Below, piece after piece: positions 53,193-62,977 of a stretch of DNA of 63,673 bases. The stretch covers positions 1 to 63,673 of the forward strand of contig JAGXOG010000001.1 of NCBI GenBank assembly GCA_023660015.1, read 5' to 3'. Each line of letters opens with the position of its first letter. Positions within the stretch are counted from its first letter, which is position 1. The notes below the pieces were generated by a model, which was not told the DNA's origin, did no database searches, and worked only from the letters and a program-made list of their open reading frames with translations. This DNA comes from Elusimicrobia bacterium LH_S2. Lineage in GTDB: Bacteria; CG03; SLGR01; JAGXOG01. The translations under genes were made by a program, and so were the position numbers.

Positions 53193-55199
53193 ATGGCTTT
53201 AAAAAATTATGCTATAGAGCCGGCTCCCAGTCCAAAAGACAAGAACCGGTATAAGTTAAGCATAGCCGGTTCCGAAAAAGATGTAAATAAGCTGGTTAAA
53301 CAGTTAAGCAGTATAAGCAGCCGGCCTTTTCCTTCTCCGGACGATAAATACGGATGGTCTCTTTTTTTGTATAACTTAAAAGAAAGTGCTAAAAATAAAA
53401 TAACCAGCGAACTTGACAAGGTTATAAAAAATAAAAAAAATATCCCAGCCGAAAAACAGAAAAAATCGCGGGATGTTAAAAGTAAATCTACCTCCTCCGG
53501 TAATAATATTTTGTACAGGAGCGAGTTAAAAAAGGATTATACCTTTGATAAATTTATAGTGGGAGCCAATACGCGATTTACTTATGCGGCCTGTAAGGCC
53601 GTCGCAAACAAACCGGGCAAAAACTATAACCCGCTCTTTATATACGGCGGTGTAGGCCTTGGAAAAACCCATCTTATACAGGCGATAGGTCACCATGTAA
53701 AAGAAAATTTTTCGGAGATGAAAATAGAATATATTGCTTGCAGCAAATTTATAAATGAAGTAGTGGCGGCCATTGAAAAAGGAACTATAAATCTATTAAG
53801 AAATAAATTTAAAAATGTAGATTTACTCCTTATAGATGACATAGAGTTTCTTGAACAGTCAGAGTCAACCCAGGAAGAATTTTTTAACATATTTAATGAA
53901 ATGCACGAGGTAGAAAAGCAGATAGTCATTACATCGGATAAACCCCCCAAGAAACTGGTTACCCTTGAGGACCGGTTGAAATCCAGGTTTGAATGGGGGC
54001 TGACGACCGATGTGAAATCCCCCAATTTTGAAACCAGAAAGGCAATACTTAAGAAGAAAGCCGCGGAAGCTAACTTGGAGCTATCGGACCAGATTAATGA
54101 TTTTATTGCCGAAAGGCTGACTTCCAATATCAGAGAGCTAGAAGGAATAATAAACAGGATAGTCGCATACCAGGAACTTTCCGAAGACAATATACAGATA
54201 AATATAAGTATTGTTAAAAATATAATGCGAAATATCCTTCCTGAAGAAGAGAAGGAAGAAGAAAGCCGCCCGGAAAAAGAAAATTCAACAACCGGAGCCC
54301 GCCAGGGGGAAGGCCGAAAGGCGGCCCAATATCCCGGTTACAACCCGCCACCGCCGGTTCCCGGATACCAGCAACAGCAGTACGGAAATAACTGTCCCCG
54401 GTGCAGAAGTCCACTGCGATATATTCCCCAGTTTAAGAGGTGGTATTGCGATAACTGCGGCGTCTATACAGACCCGGCGCCCGGCGCGCCGCTTCCGCCG
54501 GGAAATTATACCGGAGATTATCCGCAGCCGTCTCCATCCCCGCCGCCCCCGCCTCCGTCAAAGTCTCAAACCGCTGCTTCAAGGCCGTGTCCCAACTGTA
54601 GCGCGGAGCTTAAATATATAGATGAATATGACCAGTATTACTGTCCAAACTGTAAAAAATACGAGCAGGAGTTACTCGAAGAAAATGACACTCCGCGAAA
54701 AACTAAGAGTAAAGAAAAGGCGCCGGAGCCGAAGAAGCCTTCTTCAAAGGATTCAAAAGACAAAGAAGAAAATATTGAAGATATTATAATAGGAGAGAAA
54801 AAAGAAGACACCAGGGTTATTAAGGCCGGTTATTTTATCGCCGAAGGAGACCAGAAATTAGCAATAGATATAGCAAACAGGTTAAGTAAGATTGCCCGGC
54901 GCAAAAATATAAAGTTCTATCTGAAAACTCATTTTGCTCATTTTTATCCTAAAAAAGCAAAGTTAAATTATGCGAAGTTTGCCCATATAACTAAAAATAA
55001 CAATGCAGACATTGTTTTATGTCTTGAACCGCCTTCTAATGGTAAGACTGCCCCCGAGGAGTTTAAAGAAGAATTAAGCGCCGCTCTGGATAAAGAAAAC
55101 CTTCCCTATGCCTTTTTGCCCCAGAAGAAGATGAAGGACAGCGATGCGTTAAATTTAATGCTGGATATAGCTATATGCGCAAAGAAAAGAACTAAATAA
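53193..55199 (+). CDS. DnaA-derived AAA+ ATPase lacking DnaA domains I and IV; Pro-rich region with two zinc ribbons and a novel C-terminal module
   Basis: The full DnaA domain III signature is present: YTFDKFIVGANTRFTYAA, NPLFIYGGVGLGKTHL (Walker A), LLLIDDIEFL (Walker B), QIVITSDKPP, RLKSRFEWGL and SNIRELEG. No ..PRQ.AMYL...GGRDHTTV domain IV is present. Instead it has CPRCRSPLRYIPQFKRWYCDNCGVY and CPNCSAELKYIDEYDQYYCPNCKKY. Confidence 0.8.
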   Translation: MALKNYAIEPAPSPKDKNRYKLSIAGSEKDVNKLVKQLSSISSRPFPSPDDKYGWSLFLYNLKESAKNKITSELDKVIKNKKNIPAEKQKKSRDVKSKSTSSGNNILYRSELKKDYTFDKFIVGANTRFTYAACKAVANKPGKNYNPLFIYGGVGLGKTHLIQAIGHHVKENFSEMKIEYIACSKFINEVVAAIEKGTINLLRNKFKNVDLLLIDDIEFLEQSESTQEEFFNIFNEMHEVEKQIVITSDKPPKKLVTLEDRLKSRFEWGLTTDVKSPNFETRKAILKKKAAEANLELSDQINDFIAERLTSNIRELEGIINRIVAYQELSEDNIQINISIVKNIMRNILPEEEKEEESRPEKENSTTGARQGEGRKAAQYPGYNPPPPVPGYQQQQYGNNCPRCRSPLRYIPQFKRWYCDNCGVYTDPAPGAPLPPGNYTGDYPQPSPSPPPPPPSKSQTAASRPCPNCSAELKYIDEYDQYYCPNCKKYEQELLEENDTPRKTKSKEKAPEPKKPSSKDSKDKEENIEDIIIGEKKEDTRVIKAGYFIAEGDQKLAIDIANRLSKIARRKNIKFYLKTHFAHFYPKKAKLNYAKFAHITKNNNADIVLCLEPPSNGKTAPEEFKEELSAALDKENLPYAFLPQKKMKDSDALNLMLDIAICAKKRTK

Positions 55200-55203
55200 A
55201 ATT

Positions 55204-57117
55204 ATGTTTTTAAGTTTTGGATATATCATCATTTTAACAGTTTCTCTGTTGCTGGCGCTAACCTCCAACGGAACTGCGATTTCAGCTGGGCTCTATCTTA
55301 TAGCGCTTATTACAGTAGTTTTGTTTATAAAAAGGCTGGTAATAAAAAGAGAAATTTATTTTACGCATCTGTGGCAGAATATATATAAGTCGGCATCTAC
55401 AAATATTAATTATTCTTCTGATTTCGGACTGAAGAGAAATTTAGGTCATATATTAAATGATTTATGCGAACTTACCTCTATAACCGGGGCCTGGGTTATA
55501 ATGAAAAATATAGATGGAAATTACAGAATTGAAGTTCAGCGGGGAAGAATTAATCTGTCATATAACCTTGGGATTAAGGATCTATCCGAGTATATTGAAG
55601 GTAATATTAAGGAGTTTGAAAAACCGCTTATCAAAGATCATTTGCCTCCGATGATTAACAGCAAAAAAAAAGGACTATGCCTTCATATACCGATAAGCCG
55701 GGGTAAACTTATACGGGGCGCAGTGACAGTAACTACAACTTCAAAGAGATATTTTAAAAAGCACAGAGTTAATAATTTTGTCAATATAGCAAAATTAATA
55801 GAGCAGCTCTACGAAAATGCCGACCGGAATAATCAACTTCAGAAAGTAGTCAGAAAAGTTAATGAGAAAGTCGATGTGGCCACCGATGAACTTACAAAAA
55901 CAAATATTAGGCTTATAGACAGGGTTAAAGAATTTAAATCTTTGTATGATATATCATTAAGGGTTATAAATGCCGAAACTACCGCCGAGGCGGTGAAGGT
56001 TATATTTAAAAAGATAAAAGTTATTCTGGGAGCTGAAAAGAGTATGTTTTTCGAAAATAGAGACGGAGAGTTCATCCTCAGATATGTAAGTGATGAAAAC
56101 TCTGAGAAAACTTTAAAAGAAAAAACTTTGCCTTTCTCGATCTTGCCCAAAAAAAAGGGAATAATATTAAACGACACTACAAAAGATAAAGATTTAAATC
56201 ATATAACCAAGCAGTATAATTTAAACTATATAATGATTGCTCCGGTAAGAGCCGGGGAAACAATAAAGGGGGTAATTATTACAGGTGTTAAAGAGGGAGG
56301 GGAATTTTCCGGGAGGGATGTTGAACTGCTGGAGATCTATTCAAACCAGTTAGGTGAATATATTGACAGGAAAGGTCTCATGGACAAGGTCATCAGGGAT
56401 AATAAAAGATTAAAAGAGCTAAATGAGGTTAAAGATAAATTTATATCCTTGATATCCCATGAGCTTAGAACACCGCTTACCAATATCAAGGGGTTTGGAG
56501 AACTGCTTTTAGGTGGCGATGTCGGTCAAGTTAATTCTGACCAGGAAAATTTTTTAAAGACGATTTTAAGGTCAACTTTCAAATTGGAAACTACAATTAA
56601 TAACATAATAGAAGTTACTGATTTTAAAAAACACGAAGTAAAGTTAGAAAAAGAAAGTGTAAAATGGGAAGAATTTATAAAAAGCAGTGTTGAAGAGTTT
56701 AGAGAAATTTTGGAGAAGAAGGAAATTAATTGTACAATAAAAGTTGATAGTTCAATAGGGATGTTATATGTTGACCGCAAGCGAGTAAAGAAAGTATTTG
56801 ATAACTTAATAAGCAATGCCGTAAAGTTTATGGGGAAGAAGGGGGATATAACCATAACTTCCGAGAAACAAGGGGAAAAAGTAAAGACGGTTATAAAGGA
56901 TACCGGCATAGGAATTAAAGAATCAATGAAAGATAAAGTCTTTGAGGGTTTTACCCGGGCTGATGAAACCCTAACCAGGAATTCCGACGGGCTGGGGCTG
57001 GGATTAACTTTAGTTAAATATATTATTGGAAACCATGGGGGCAATATTGATATAAAATCAACCCAAGGTAAAGGTACTGAGGTGATTTTTAGTTTACCGG
57101 CAGGGAGGTCAGCTTAA
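55204..57117 (+). CDS. Membrane sensor histidine kinase with GAF-like domains
   Basis: Two N-terminal TM helices. The H-box is ISLISHELRTPLTNIKG. N/G boxes are ..DNLISNAVKF.., DTGIGI and GLGLGLTLVKYII..HGG. Confidence 0.85.
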   Translation: MFLSFGYIIILTVSLLLALTSNGTAISAGLYLIALITVVLFIKRLVIKREIYFTHLWQNIYKSASTNINYSSDFGLKRNLGHILNDLCELTSITGAWVIMKNIDGNYRIEVQRGRINLSYNLGIKDLSEYIEGNIKEFEKPLIKDHLPPMINSKKKGLCLHIPISRGKLIRGAVTVTTTSKRYFKKHRVNNFVNIAKLIEQLYENADRNNQLQKVVRKVNEKVDVATDELTKTNIRLIDRVKEFKSLYDISLRVINAETTAEAVKVIFKKIKVILGAEKSMFFENRDGEFILRYVSDENSEKTLKEKTLPFSILPKKKGIILNDTTKDKDLNHITKQYNLNYIMIAPVRAGETIKGVIITGVKEGGEFSGRDVELLEIYSNQLGEYIDRKGLMDKVIRDNKRLKELNEVKDKFISLISHELRTPLTNIKGFGELLLGGDVGQVNSDQENFLKTILRSTFKLETTINNIIEVTDFKKHEVKLEKESVKWEEFIKSSVEEFREILEKKEINCTIKVDSSIGMLYVDRKRVKKVFDNLISNAVKFMGKKGDITITSEKQGEKVKTVIKDTGIGIKESMKDKVFEGFTRADETLTRNSDGLGLGLTLVKYIIGNHGGNIDIKSTQGKGTEVIFSLPAGRSA

Positions 57118-57590
57118 TGGCAGACAAACAGTATCGCCAAGATGCAAAGAAAAAGCGTCCGCCGCTTCTGCTTCTAATAGACCCGGACAGGGAGGAAGTC
57201 AAGCTAATAAAGAATTATTTTAAAAAGGAAAGTTTCCGGTGCGTAATAGCATATGATGGAATAAGGGGGATTGTGCATGCTCTTAACGATAAACCTGATC
57301 TTATAATTACCGAACTCGTAGTTCCCAGGTTAAGCGGATATGATATAATAAAAAGGCTGCAGATGGTTTCAACCCGGACAAAAAACATTCCGATTGTAAT
57401 ATTAACCGGAAAGACTATGGATGCGAAGTCAAAAAAAAGGCTGACTGATTTAGAAGAGAATGTCGTTGAATTTATGCCTAAACCGATAACCCGGGGGTCA
57501 TTTATGGTTAAGATACATAAGATATTGAAGACCGGAAAAACAGAGAGAAAAATACTTGACAGACATGAAAAGGAGAGGCGAAATGAATAA
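57117..57590 (+). CDS. Receiver-domain protein with Glu in place of the phospho-acceptor Asp (pseudo-receiver)
   Basis: It has the CheY-like layout LLLIDPD...PDLIITELVVPRLSGYD...IVILTGK...MPKPI. The acceptor position is E66 (GAA at 57312-57314). The start overlaps the kinase stop. Confidence 0.7.
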   Translation: MADKQYRQDAKKKRPPLLLLIDPDREEVKLIKNYFKKESFRCVIAYDGIRGIVHALNDKPDLIITELVVPRLSGYDIIKRLQMVSTRTKNIPIVILTGKTMDAKSKKRLTDLEENVVEFMPKPITRGSFMVKIHKILKTGKTERKILDRHEKERRNE

Positions 57591-57948
57591 AATAATGATA
57601 GTCGAAGATGACAACACTACCATAAAGCTTTTAAAATATTTACTGGGAAAAAACAACTATGAAGTAGCAGTATGTGAAAACGGAAAAATTGCCGTAGATT
57701 CAATTATGGACGAAGATCCCGATTTAATATTAATGGATATTATGATGCCGGAGATGGACGGACTTGAGGCGACAGAAAAAATAAGGGATATAAATAAATT
57801 TTCAGATACGCCTATAATAATGCTTTCCGCGCTGGGGCAGGAAATAGAAGTTGCTAAAGGATTAAAGGCCGGTGCAGACGGTTATGTAGTTAAACCTTTT
57901 GATACCCAATCCCTTGTAAGACAGATCAAAGAAAAGCTCTCTTCTTGA
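57583..57948 (+). CDS. Single-domain CheY-like response regulator
   Basis: KIMIVEDDNTTIKLL...DLILMDIMMPEMDGLEA...PIIMLSALG...GADGYVVKPF. An AAAGGAGAGG SD lies upstream of the ATG at 57583; the track ORF opens at 57556. Confidence 0.85.
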   Translation: MNKIMIVEDDNTTIKLLKYLLGKNNYEVAVCENGKIAVDSIMDEDPDLILMDIMMPEMDGLEATEKIRDINKFSDTPIIMLSALGQEIEVAKGLKAGADGYVVKPFDTQSLVRQIKEKLSS

Positions 57949-58035
57949 ATAATACTGCTAAATTTGCTATATTATTAAGCTAAAAATAAAAGAGTCAAAG
58001 ATAAAGTTAAGGTTTAAATAGACAGGAGAAAGAAT

Positions 58036-60072
58036 ATGGCTATTTTAAATTCCACAGATAATAGCGTAGTCAAAGACTATTCTACAGATGAGTTAATTCA
58101 AAAAGCAAAAGAGATGAGATCCTATAGCATGATATCGATTCATGCTGCCGGGTCGGGGCACCCGGGCGGCACTCTCTCCATTATGGATATTGCTGCGGCC
58201 CTATATTTGAAAGTTGCCTGCCATGACCCCAAAAACCCGGATTGGGAAGGGAGAGACCGTATATTCTGGTCTGCCGGGCATAAGGCGCCCGCCATTTATG
58301 CTGCGCTTGCCGCTTCCGGGTATTTTCCATTTGAAGAGACGGTAAAATTAAGAAAATTGGGGTCGGGTTTTGAGGGCCATCCGAACAGGCTAAGACTTCA
58401 GGGTATAGAGCTTTCCAGTGGTTCCCTGGGGCAGGGGCTGGGGGTGGCAGTAGGTTCGGCTCTGGACGCTAAACTAGAAAAAAGAAAGAATCGCGTATAT
58501 TGCATTCTGGGGGATGGGGAACATAACGAAGGGTCCGTCTGGGAATCGATAATGAGCGCGGCCAACTATAATCTTAATAATCTTATAGCCATAGTTGATT
58601 TAAACGGGCTCCAGATAGACGGACCTACTGATGATGTTATGTGCCTTGGTTCGCTTAAGGAAAAATATGAATCTTTCGGATGGGAAGTGCTGGAGATAGA
58701 CGGGCATGATATGGAAGCCATAGTAGAGGCCTTCAGTAAAGCTTCTGAAATTAAGGATAAACCGACAGCAATTATCGCCCACACCGTTAAGGGCAAGGGA
58801 GTATCCTATGCAGAGAACGTTGTCGGTTATCACGGCGCGCCGCCTAAAGACGGGCGCAGCGGAGAGGAATCTCTGGATAAAGCATTGGATGATATAGGTG
58901 ACCCTCAGTTTACGAAAGAAAAAGTTGACAGCCTTCTTAAAATTGCCTCGGATTACCAGAAAATCGTTGACAAAAAAATGGTGGAAAAACTTCCCAAATT
59001 TTCGAAATCATACTGGTGGAACGACAGTGAAGATATGAAAGTTGATATGGTTCCCACCCGGAACGGGTTTGGCGATGCTCTGGCGGAAATAGGCTCGGAT
59101 AAAAATATAGTTGCACACGGCGCGGATATAACCAGTTCAATAAGAATGAATAAATTTTATGCGGATTTTCCTGAAAGGAAAAACCGTTTTTTCAGTATCG
59201 GTATCGCAGAAGCTAATATGACTTTAATAGCTTCGGGTTTTGCCCGGGAAGGCAAATCCGCTTTTGTCGGTTCTTACGGGGTATTTGCCACCGGCAGGGC
59301 ATGGGATCAGTTAAGAACCACGGCCTGCTATAATAAGTTCAATATAAATATAGCTGATGCTCACGGGGGTATTTCAGTTGGTCCCGACGGAGCAACCCAT
59401 CAAGCGCTGGAGGAAATCGCGGTAATAAATTATCTGCCCAATATAGTGCTTACCGTCCCCTGTGACAGCAATGAAACATATAAGTCCACAAAAGCGATTA
59501 CTTATGAGGAAGGCCCTTCGGTTGTCCGTTACGCCCGGACAGCGACTCCGATAGTTACGGATAAAGAGACCCCGTATGAATTCGGGATTACTAATATAAT
59601 ACGATTTAGGGGGAGAAAGGCAAAATTTCCCGATGCATTCGAGTGGAAACTGGGGACAGAATACGAGAGTGAAGGCGAAGCTGTTTCTTTAATTGCCTGC
59701 GGCCCGATGCTTCCCGAAGCAATGCGCGCGGCATGGATATTAAAAGAAGAGTACGGTATAGAAAGCCGCATACTGGACGTGCATACGGTCAAGCCTTTAG
59801 ATATGGAAACAATAAATAAGGCCGCTGCTGATACCAATGCGGTAATAACCTGTGAAGAGCACCAGGTAGGCGGTTTTGGCAATATTGTCGCCGGAGCAAT
59901 AAATACTTCTAAAAATATTACTTCTCCTTTGGTCATGGACATGGTGGGAGTACAGGACATATTCGGCGAGAGCGGAGCTCCCTGGGAATTGATGATTGAT
60001 TTTAAGCTGGTTGCTGAAAATATAGTTGAAAAAGCTAAAAAATTGTTCGATAAAAAAAGCCAGATGCTTTAA
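58036..60072 (+). CDS. tkt: Transketolase (fused N- and C-terminal halves)
   Basis: The TPP-binding segments are GSGHPGGTLSIMDI, GSLGQGLGVAVG and GDGEHNEGSVWE. Pyrimidine-binding and C-terminal domains are present. Confidence 0.85.
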   Translation: MAILNSTDNSVVKDYSTDELIQKAKEMRSYSMISIHAAGSGHPGGTLSIMDIAAALYLKVACHDPKNPDWEGRDRIFWSAGHKAPAIYAALAASGYFPFEETVKLRKLGSGFEGHPNRLRLQGIELSSGSLGQGLGVAVGSALDAKLEKRKNRVYCILGDGEHNEGSVWESIMSAANYNLNNLIAIVDLNGLQIDGPTDDVMCLGSLKEKYESFGWEVLEIDGHDMEAIVEAFSKASEIKDKPTAIIAHTVKGKGVSYAENVVGYHGAPPKDGRSGEESLDKALDDIGDPQFTKEKVDSLLKIASDYQKIVDKKMVEKLPKFSKSYWWNDSEDMKVDMVPTRNGFGDALAEIGSDKNIVAHGADITSSIRMNKFYADFPERKNRFFSIGIAEANMTLIASGFAREGKSAFVGSYGVFATGRAWDQLRTTACYNKFNINIADAHGGISVGPDGATHQALEEIAVINYLPNIVLTVPCDSNETYKSTKAITYEEGPSVVRYARTATPIVTDKETPYEFGITNIIRFRGRKAKFPDAFEWKLGTEYESEGEAVSLIACGPMLPEAMRAAWILKEEYGIESRILDVHTVKPLDMETINKAAADTNAVITCEEHQVGGFGNIVAGAINTSKNITSPLVMDMVGVQDIFGESGAPWELMIDFKLVAENIVEKAKKLFDKKSQML

Positions 60073-61775
60073 TGCTTGATGATTTCATAAAAGTTTCTTC
60101 CGGTAAAAAACCGGCCGATCTGTTGTTAAAAGGCGGTAGGATGGTAAATGTCCTGTCCGGAGAAATTATAAAGACCGATGTTGCCGTATATAAAGGGAAG
60201 ATATGCGGCTTCGGAAAATATAAGTCAAAAGAGAGCATCGATATAAAAAACAGGTATATCCTTCCCGGATATATTGACGGGCATATACATATAGAAAGTT
60301 CTCTTCTTACCGTCTCTGAATTTGCCAACGCAGTAGTTCCCCTGGGGACTACATCTGTTGTCGCCGAACCCCACGAGATAGTAAATGTTCTCGGCCTGGC
60401 GGGAATAAAGTATATGTTGGAGTCTGCAAAATACCAGCCGTTGGAAGTCTATTTTATGATGCCTTCCTGCGTTCCGGCAACTAACTTGGAAACTTCGGGG
60501 GCAGTTATAACCGCAGGAGATATCTTGCCGTATCTTTCCGAAAAATGGGTGGTCGGCTTGGGGGAGATGATGAATTTTACCGGTGTTATAAACGGTAACA
60601 AAGAAGTACTCGATAAGATAAAGATGGTATCAACAAAAAAAATAGACGGCCATGCTCCCGGGCTTTCGGGTAAGGCATTGTCGGCTTATATAAGCGCCGG
60701 AATAAGCAGCGATCATGAATCAACTACTTATGAAGAAGCGGCTGAAAAATTAAGGAAAGGCATGCATATTATGATAAGAGAAGGCACGGCGACAAAAAAT
60801 CTCGATGCTATTGTTGATCTTGTTACTCCGGCAAATTCATCTAATTTTTCTTTTGTAAGCGATGACCGATCTCCGGAAGACCTCATAAATCAGGGACATA
60901 TAAATTATATAGTAAAAAGGGCGGTCAAATCCGGGCTTGACCCGGTAATAGCCATTAAGTTAGCTACTTTAAATACCGCTCGTTACTTTAACCTGAAAGG
61001 CAAAGGAGCCATAGCTCCGGGTTATGATGCAGATTTGCAGGTATTGAAGTCATTCCGCTCACCGGCTCCGGTTATGGTCTTTAAAAAAGGAAAAATAGTT
61101 GCCGAAAACGGTAAATTAAAGAAACGTCGGGTAAAACCAAAAGATATATATATCCGGGGGTCGGTAAATGTTAAATGGCTGGTTGAAGATGATTTTAAAA
61201 TTAAGGCTAGGGGGAGCAAAGTTAAGACTATTAAGCTTGTTCCCTCCCAGATAATTACGGAGTATAAAAAGTATAAGACACCGGTATCCGGCGGGATGCT
61301 GGTAAGCGACACTTCCCGGGATATGTTAAAAATATGCGTAGTAGAAAGACATCGGGCCAGCGGCGATATAGGTATTGGAATGCTTAAGGGGATGGGACTT
61401 AAGTCCGGCGCCATAGCAACTTCTGTTGCCCATGATTCCCATAACATAGTATCAACCGGCGTAAATGACAAAGATATAATGGCGGCGGTTATAGAGGTCG
61501 TTAAAATGGGAGGGGGGCTGGCGGTAGTTAAAGATGAAAAAGTTATGGAAAGCCTTGATTTGCCCATAGCCGGGCTTATGAGCGAATTGCCCATAGAGCA
61601 AGTTAAGGAAAAACTTATAAAACTTAAAAAGGCCGCAAAAGATCTCGGGGCAATTCCCGATGACCCTTTCTTTACTCTTTCTTTTCTCTGTTTGCCTGTA
61701 ATTCCACAGTTGAAGATTACCAATAAAGGCCTGGTGGATGTAGATAAATTTAAGATTGTGGGGTTATTTAACTGA
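60072..61775 (+). CDS. ade: Adenine deaminase
   Basis: ILPGYIDGHIHIESS...AEPHEI...IDGHAPG...SDHES are the amidohydrolase motifs of the Ade family. Length is about 570 aa. Confidence 0.85.
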   Translation: MLDDFIKVSSGKKPADLLLKGGRMVNVLSGEIIKTDVAVYKGKICGFGKYKSKESIDIKNRYILPGYIDGHIHIESSLLTVSEFANAVVPLGTTSVVAEPHEIVNVLGLAGIKYMLESAKYQPLEVYFMMPSCVPATNLETSGAVITAGDILPYLSEKWVVGLGEMMNFTGVINGNKEVLDKIKMVSTKKIDGHAPGLSGKALSAYISAGISSDHESTTYEEAAEKLRKGMHIMIREGTATKNLDAIVDLVTPANSSNFSFVSDDRSPEDLINQGHINYIVKRAVKSGLDPVIAIKLATLNTARYFNLKGKGAIAPGYDADLQVLKSFRSPAPVMVFKKGKIVAENGKLKKRRVKPKDIYIRGSVNVKWLVEDDFKIKARGSKVKTIKLVPSQIITEYKKYKTPVSGGMLVSDTSRDMLKICVVERHRASGDIGIGMLKGMGLKSGAIATSVAHDSHNIVSTGVNDKDIMAAVIEVVKMGGGLAVVKDEKVMESLDLPIAGLMSELPIEQVKEKLIKLKKAAKDLGAIPDDPFFTLSFLCLPVIPQLKITNKGLVDVDKFKIVGLFN

Positions 61776-62950
61776 TGGCAAAGAAGGTAATACTTATTGT
61801 TTTAGATAGTGTCGGCGTCGGAGAACTACCCGACGCAGGCGATTTCGGTGACGAAGGGGCAGATACACTTTCACATATCTCTGAAAGAATTGAAAATTTC
61901 CGGCTTCCTAATCTATGTTCAATGGGATTAGGTAAAATATCCGATATAGGCTGTAAGGAAGATAAAATATCCGGTGCTTTCGGAAAGATGGCCGAGGCAT
62001 CCCCCAGTAAGGATACCACTACCGGGCACTGGGAAATCTGCGGCCGGCCCCTCGAGTTTAGTTTTCCCACATATCCTGATGGTTTCCCGGAAAGAATAAT
62101 AAAAAAATTTGAAGAAAAGATAGGAAGGAAAACAATTGGCAATTATCCCATGTCGGGTACGGAAATCCTTAAGCAGCTGGGACAAAAACATCTTGAAACG
62201 GGCAATCCTATAGTATATACTTCTGCGGATTCGGTATTTCAGGTGGCTGCTCACCAGGATATTATATCTCTTGATGAGTTGTACAAAATGTGCCTTAAGG
62301 CCAGGGAGATACTTAGAGGTAAAGATAATGTATCCAGAGTTATTGCCCGTCCGTTTAAGGGAAGTTCCGGAAAATTCAAGAGAAACGAGCCGGGCCGCAA
62401 GGACTTTTCTCTGGAGCCTCCAGGTGAGACTTTGCTGGATAAGCTTAAAGAGACAGGCATGGCGGTAGTGGGAATAGGAAAGATTGGCGATATTTTTGCC
62501 CACCGGGGTCTTACTGAAGAAATAAAGACCGATAATAATTTTGACGGCATCGATAAAATAATTAAAGCAATTAAGGAGTATAACCAAAAAACCGGCCTTA
62601 TATTTGTAAACCTGGTCGAGTTTGACTCTGTTTTCGGACATAGAAGAAATGTAGAAGGTTACGCTTCGGCTCTTGTTGAATTCGACAGTCGTCTCAACGA
62701 GATAAAAGAAGCGATGGAGACCGAAGATATTCTAATAATTACGGCTGACCACGGCTGTGATCCGACATTTGAACGTCACACAGATCACACCCGGGAATAT
62801 GTTTCGCTGTTAGTGGGTGGTAACCAGGTAAAAGAAGAAGTGGATCTCGGCATACGGAAAACTTTTGCGGACTGCGGTCAGACAATCGCGGATATATTAG
62901 GTATAGAAAAACTCCGGGCCGGAGTTAGCTTTATAAAAGAGATACTATAA
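61775..62950 (+). CDS. deoB: Phosphopentomutase
   Basis: VILIVLDSVGVGELPDA..FGDEGADTL..., ..TTGHWE.., ..ITADHGCDPT.. are canonical DeoB metal-site and active-site motifs. Confidence 0.9.
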   Translation: MAKKVILIVLDSVGVGELPDAGDFGDEGADTLSHISERIENFRLPNLCSMGLGKISDIGCKEDKISGAFGKMAEASPSKDTTTGHWEICGRPLEFSFPTYPDGFPERIIKKFEEKIGRKTIGNYPMSGTEILKQLGQKHLETGNPIVYTSADSVFQVAAHQDIISLDELYKMCLKAREILRGKDNVSRVIARPFKGSSGKFKRNEPGRKDFSLEPPGETLLDKLKETGMAVVGIGKIGDIFAHRGLTEEIKTDNNFDGIDKIIKAIKEYNQKTGLIFVNLVEFDSVFGHRRNVEGYASALVEFDSRLNEIKEAMETEDILIITADHGCDPTFERHTDHTREYVSLLVGGNQVKEEVDLGIRKTFADCGQTIADILGIEKLRAGVSFIKEIL

Positions 62951-62977
62951 GTACGTATTTAAAGAGAGAGAAATGAT

